From positions 1-34,521 of the forward strand of contig DASQPM010000132.1 in NCBI GenBank assembly GCA_035643935.1: 34,521 nucleotides of DNA. The letters are read 5' to 3'. Position 1 is the stretch's first letter. The number at the start of each line of letters is the position of its first letter. The notes under the pieces were generated by a model. The model did not search any database. It saw nothing but the letters and a program-made list of their open reading frames with translations, and was not told the DNA's origin. A program made the translations under genes and the position numbers. Below, piece after piece: positions 33,701-34,521 of this stretch. This stretch comes from Pyrinomonadaceae bacterium. GTDB lineage: Bacteria > Acidobacteriota > Blastocatellia > Pyrinomonadales > Pyrinomonadaceae.

Positions 33701-34238
33701 GTTGTGTTCGCTTCATAGTGGAGATCTTGAAACGGCAGAGAAGGAGTTTAGGGAAGGAATCGCGCTGGCGGAATCAGTCGGCGAAGTGCGGGTGGCGGCA
33801 TTGATGAAGGGAAACTACGCCGTGTTGCAAGCTAGCCGCGGACGATTTGACGAAGCGCTGCAAACAGCGCTGGAAAATTTCGAGCAGGCCGAAGCCTCCG
33901 GACTTCTCTATTCGCGCTTTGAGGGCCATCGCTGCCTTGCGGAAGTGAGACGTCAGCGCGGTGAGTTGGATGAAGCCGAAGCAGTGTGCGTAAGCGCTTT
34001 CGATCTGGTTTCGAAAACGGAATCGCGCGTGAGCCGCTTGTGGCTTGGGCCACTCTTTATTGGCATATTGCTCGAGTGGGCTAAAACTGCCGCAACCGCA
34101 GGGAACGTAGAAGAATCTGAGGCCAAACGTGCAAAAGCGAAAGACCTCTTGCTCCGTTATCAGAAACTGGTTGCCGATTGCCAGTCGCCTGGGTTCTCGC
34201 GCGAAGCCGAACGGTTGGCGACGCTCATCGACTCCTAA
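30777..34238 (+). CDS. Ser/Thr protein kinase fused to an AAA_16-type P-loop NTPase and C-terminal TPR-like repeats
   Basis: The Hanks kinase motifs are GRGGMGIVYRA, VAVK, HRDLKPDN, DLG (a DFG variant) and YMAPE. The Walker A motif is GEPGAGKTRLA, and the Walker B-type motif is LLFYADDLHWAD. A helical repeat region of about 500 aa follows. Length is 1153 aa. Confidence 0.9.
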   Translation: MIDDSQDTRILSRDEIVNSAIVPGSILRERYRLDSEIGRGGMGIVYRATDLELHREVAVKVLPTATSSTEARQRLLREARAAAALNHPHIISVHDIGEANGAPYFVMELVLGPSLAKARPAELSRIVDIACQLCAALEHAHANSIVHRDLKPDNVLLSISSNNGSVKLADLGLALPADGARISRAGVIVGTAAYMAPEQALGQAVDGRTDLYALGVLLYEMTTGRLPFIGDDPLSVVSQHVHASVVPPKVLRPDLPRALEAVILRLLAKDPAQRFSTAAETATALRDSLTAEEKITDEDGADTVAILDALSRGRLVGRATELIQAIELWHHAREGHGHAVLFSGEPGAGKTRLAREVTIQASVDGAVVLSGGCYEYEATTPYLPFVEAFRRLLREEKDDAALRLKLGDDAQQIAKLAPEIQTRLGPFPERVELPPHEERLLFFDAVVKVFVNLAGPKGLLFYADDLHWADRSTLWLLGHLLRQLREERVLILGAYRETELDRAHPLAKSLVDWNRERLVTRIALKRFDAAETSAQLGALLGENVSGDFTDAVFRETEGNPFFVEEVLKALIEKGSVRRESGRWQRCDIDQLVIPQSMKEAIGSRLDRVSQEANEVLRAGAVLGKTFTFAELQSASGEQSEDALLDALDEAVGAQLIAADRSDSFTFTHDKIREVLYEELNPIRRRRLHRQAAEGLERSRSTTSHCAVEKLAHHYIQAGDYERGLNYAKQAAAEAERVFAFDEAIAAYGRARDCAEALGLVEEQLAQEEAIGKSYLLHGDLIPASEHFEHALALTTEPAVRARLQCQAAASLVATGNPRGLEHIREALAVLNPETNPLETANALSIEGRFHHLAGRHGKAIELLERAADLVAPTAAADTVSTFAAPMISNVYAYLAGGYQHSGLFDDADRWARRTIEFGVAHNIQFAQAIGYEFLGEDAVHKGEYQKGLEYAAHELEIVEKLHSRERRAWTYLVSSLCSLHSGDLETAEKEFREGIALAESVGEVRVAALMKGNYAVLQASRGRFDEALQTALENFEQAEASGLLYSRFEGHRCLAEVRRQRGELDEAEAVCVSAFDLVSKTESRVSRLWLGPLFIGILLEWAKTAATAGNVEESEAKRAKAKDLLLRYQKLVADCQSPGFSREAERLATLIDS

Positions 34239-34322
34239 AAATCATTGACTTCAGTTCCTACTTGAGAATAAATTGCGTTCATTCCCCCGGACACAATTAC
34301 TTAAATCTTGAGGAGCAAAAAT

Positions 34323-34521
34323 ATGAAAAGGTTTTTCTTCGCTTTAGCACTGTTGGCAACTATCAGTTTAGGCGGTCTGGCAATTGAATCTGCGTCCGCA
34401 CAGAACACAAACTCCAGCACGACCATGAATAGCAACATGGGCAACATGGACATGCACGGCCGGCATCATCGCCACGGACATCATCGTCGCCATCGCCGCC
34501 ATGGCATGCACAAAGCCACCG
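34323..34521 (+). CDS. Secreted His/Arg-rich small protein (N-terminal part; runs off the right edge)
   Basis: It is not in the ORF track because there is no stop in the window. A GAGGAG Shine-Dalgarno sequence lies 8 nt upstream of the ATG at 34323. My translation reads MKRFFFALALLATISLGGLAIESASAQNTNSSTTMNSNMGNMDMHGRHHRHGHHRRHRRHGMHKAT... This is a signal peptide followed by a His/Arg tract. Confidence 0.55.
   Translation, partial: MKRFFFALALLATISLGGLAIESASAQNTNSSTTMNSNMGNMDMHGRHHRHGHHRRHRRHGMHKAT

Noticed and set aside
1-34521. Genomic island, prophage or defence island interpretation of the window.
   Set aside because: I found no integrase, transposase, phage structural, restriction-modification, Cas or other recognisable defence genes, and no flanking tRNA. 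Gene content is housekeeping or metabolic. The only addiction-type genes are the small RelE/ParE pair and a solitary NTase.
1-34521. tRNA, rRNA or other structured RNA genes.
   Set aside because: Scanning the intergenic regions by eye, I found no tRNA-like T-arm (GGTTCGAATCC-type) or cloverleaf-sized candidates and no rRNA-like segments. A covariance-model scan (tRNAscan or Infernal) would be needed to exclude small ncRNAs.

Overview
This window looks like ordinary bacterial chromosome, not a mobile island. I count about 30 protein-coding genes on both strands. I found no rRNA, tRNA, CRISPR array, transposase, integrase or phage genes. The taxonomic origin cannot be established from the sequence alone. 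The repeat types and the abundance of peptidases suggest an Acidobacteriota-like soil bacterium, at low confidence.

Gene content, left to right:
- A truncated APC amino-acid permease.
- A frameshifted S9 prolyl-oligopeptidase-family peptidase.
- A minus-strand trio: a nucleotidyltransferase-fold protein, a GcvT-like aminomethyltransferase and a choline-monooxygenase-like Rieske oxygenase.
- Two tandem CrtI/COG1233-type FAD oxidoreductase paralogs, divergent from that trio.
- A type II toxin-antitoxin pair whose RelE/ParE toxin is frameshifted.
- A threonine aldolase, a multi-zinc-ribbon protein and a small secreted Gly/His/Arg-rich protein.
- A pentose-phosphate operon: FGGY kinase, tkt, rpiB.
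- A DAG-kinase-family lipid kinase, a quinone oxidoreductase, an S41 C-terminal processing protease, an M20 dipeptidase and a GNAT acetyltransferase.
- A TonB-C protein with an HExxH/TPR secreted protease, and a 7Fe ferredoxin.
- A DUF2807-like lipoprotein with a zinc-ribbon membrane protein.
- A SAM methyltransferase, a MauE/DoxX-thioredoxin fusion and a DinB-family protein.
- An 1153-aa Ser/Thr kinase-AAA-TPR protein, then the start of a second secreted His/Arg-rich protein.

The most striking structure not explained by genes is the intergenic DNA. Most of the longer intergenic gaps carry a palindromic repeat. I distinguish at least eight sequence families, including GTAG-headed REP/BIME-like hairpins and a MITE-like element with 34-bp terminal inverted repeats. 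No cognate transposase is in the window.

I do not see a canonical defence or secretion system. The best candidate for an undescribed functional module is the Rieske/GcvT-like/nucleotidyltransferase unit together with the twin FAD oxidoreductases, a putative N-methyl or quaternary-amine demethylation locus. That proposal rests on inference from family membership only.
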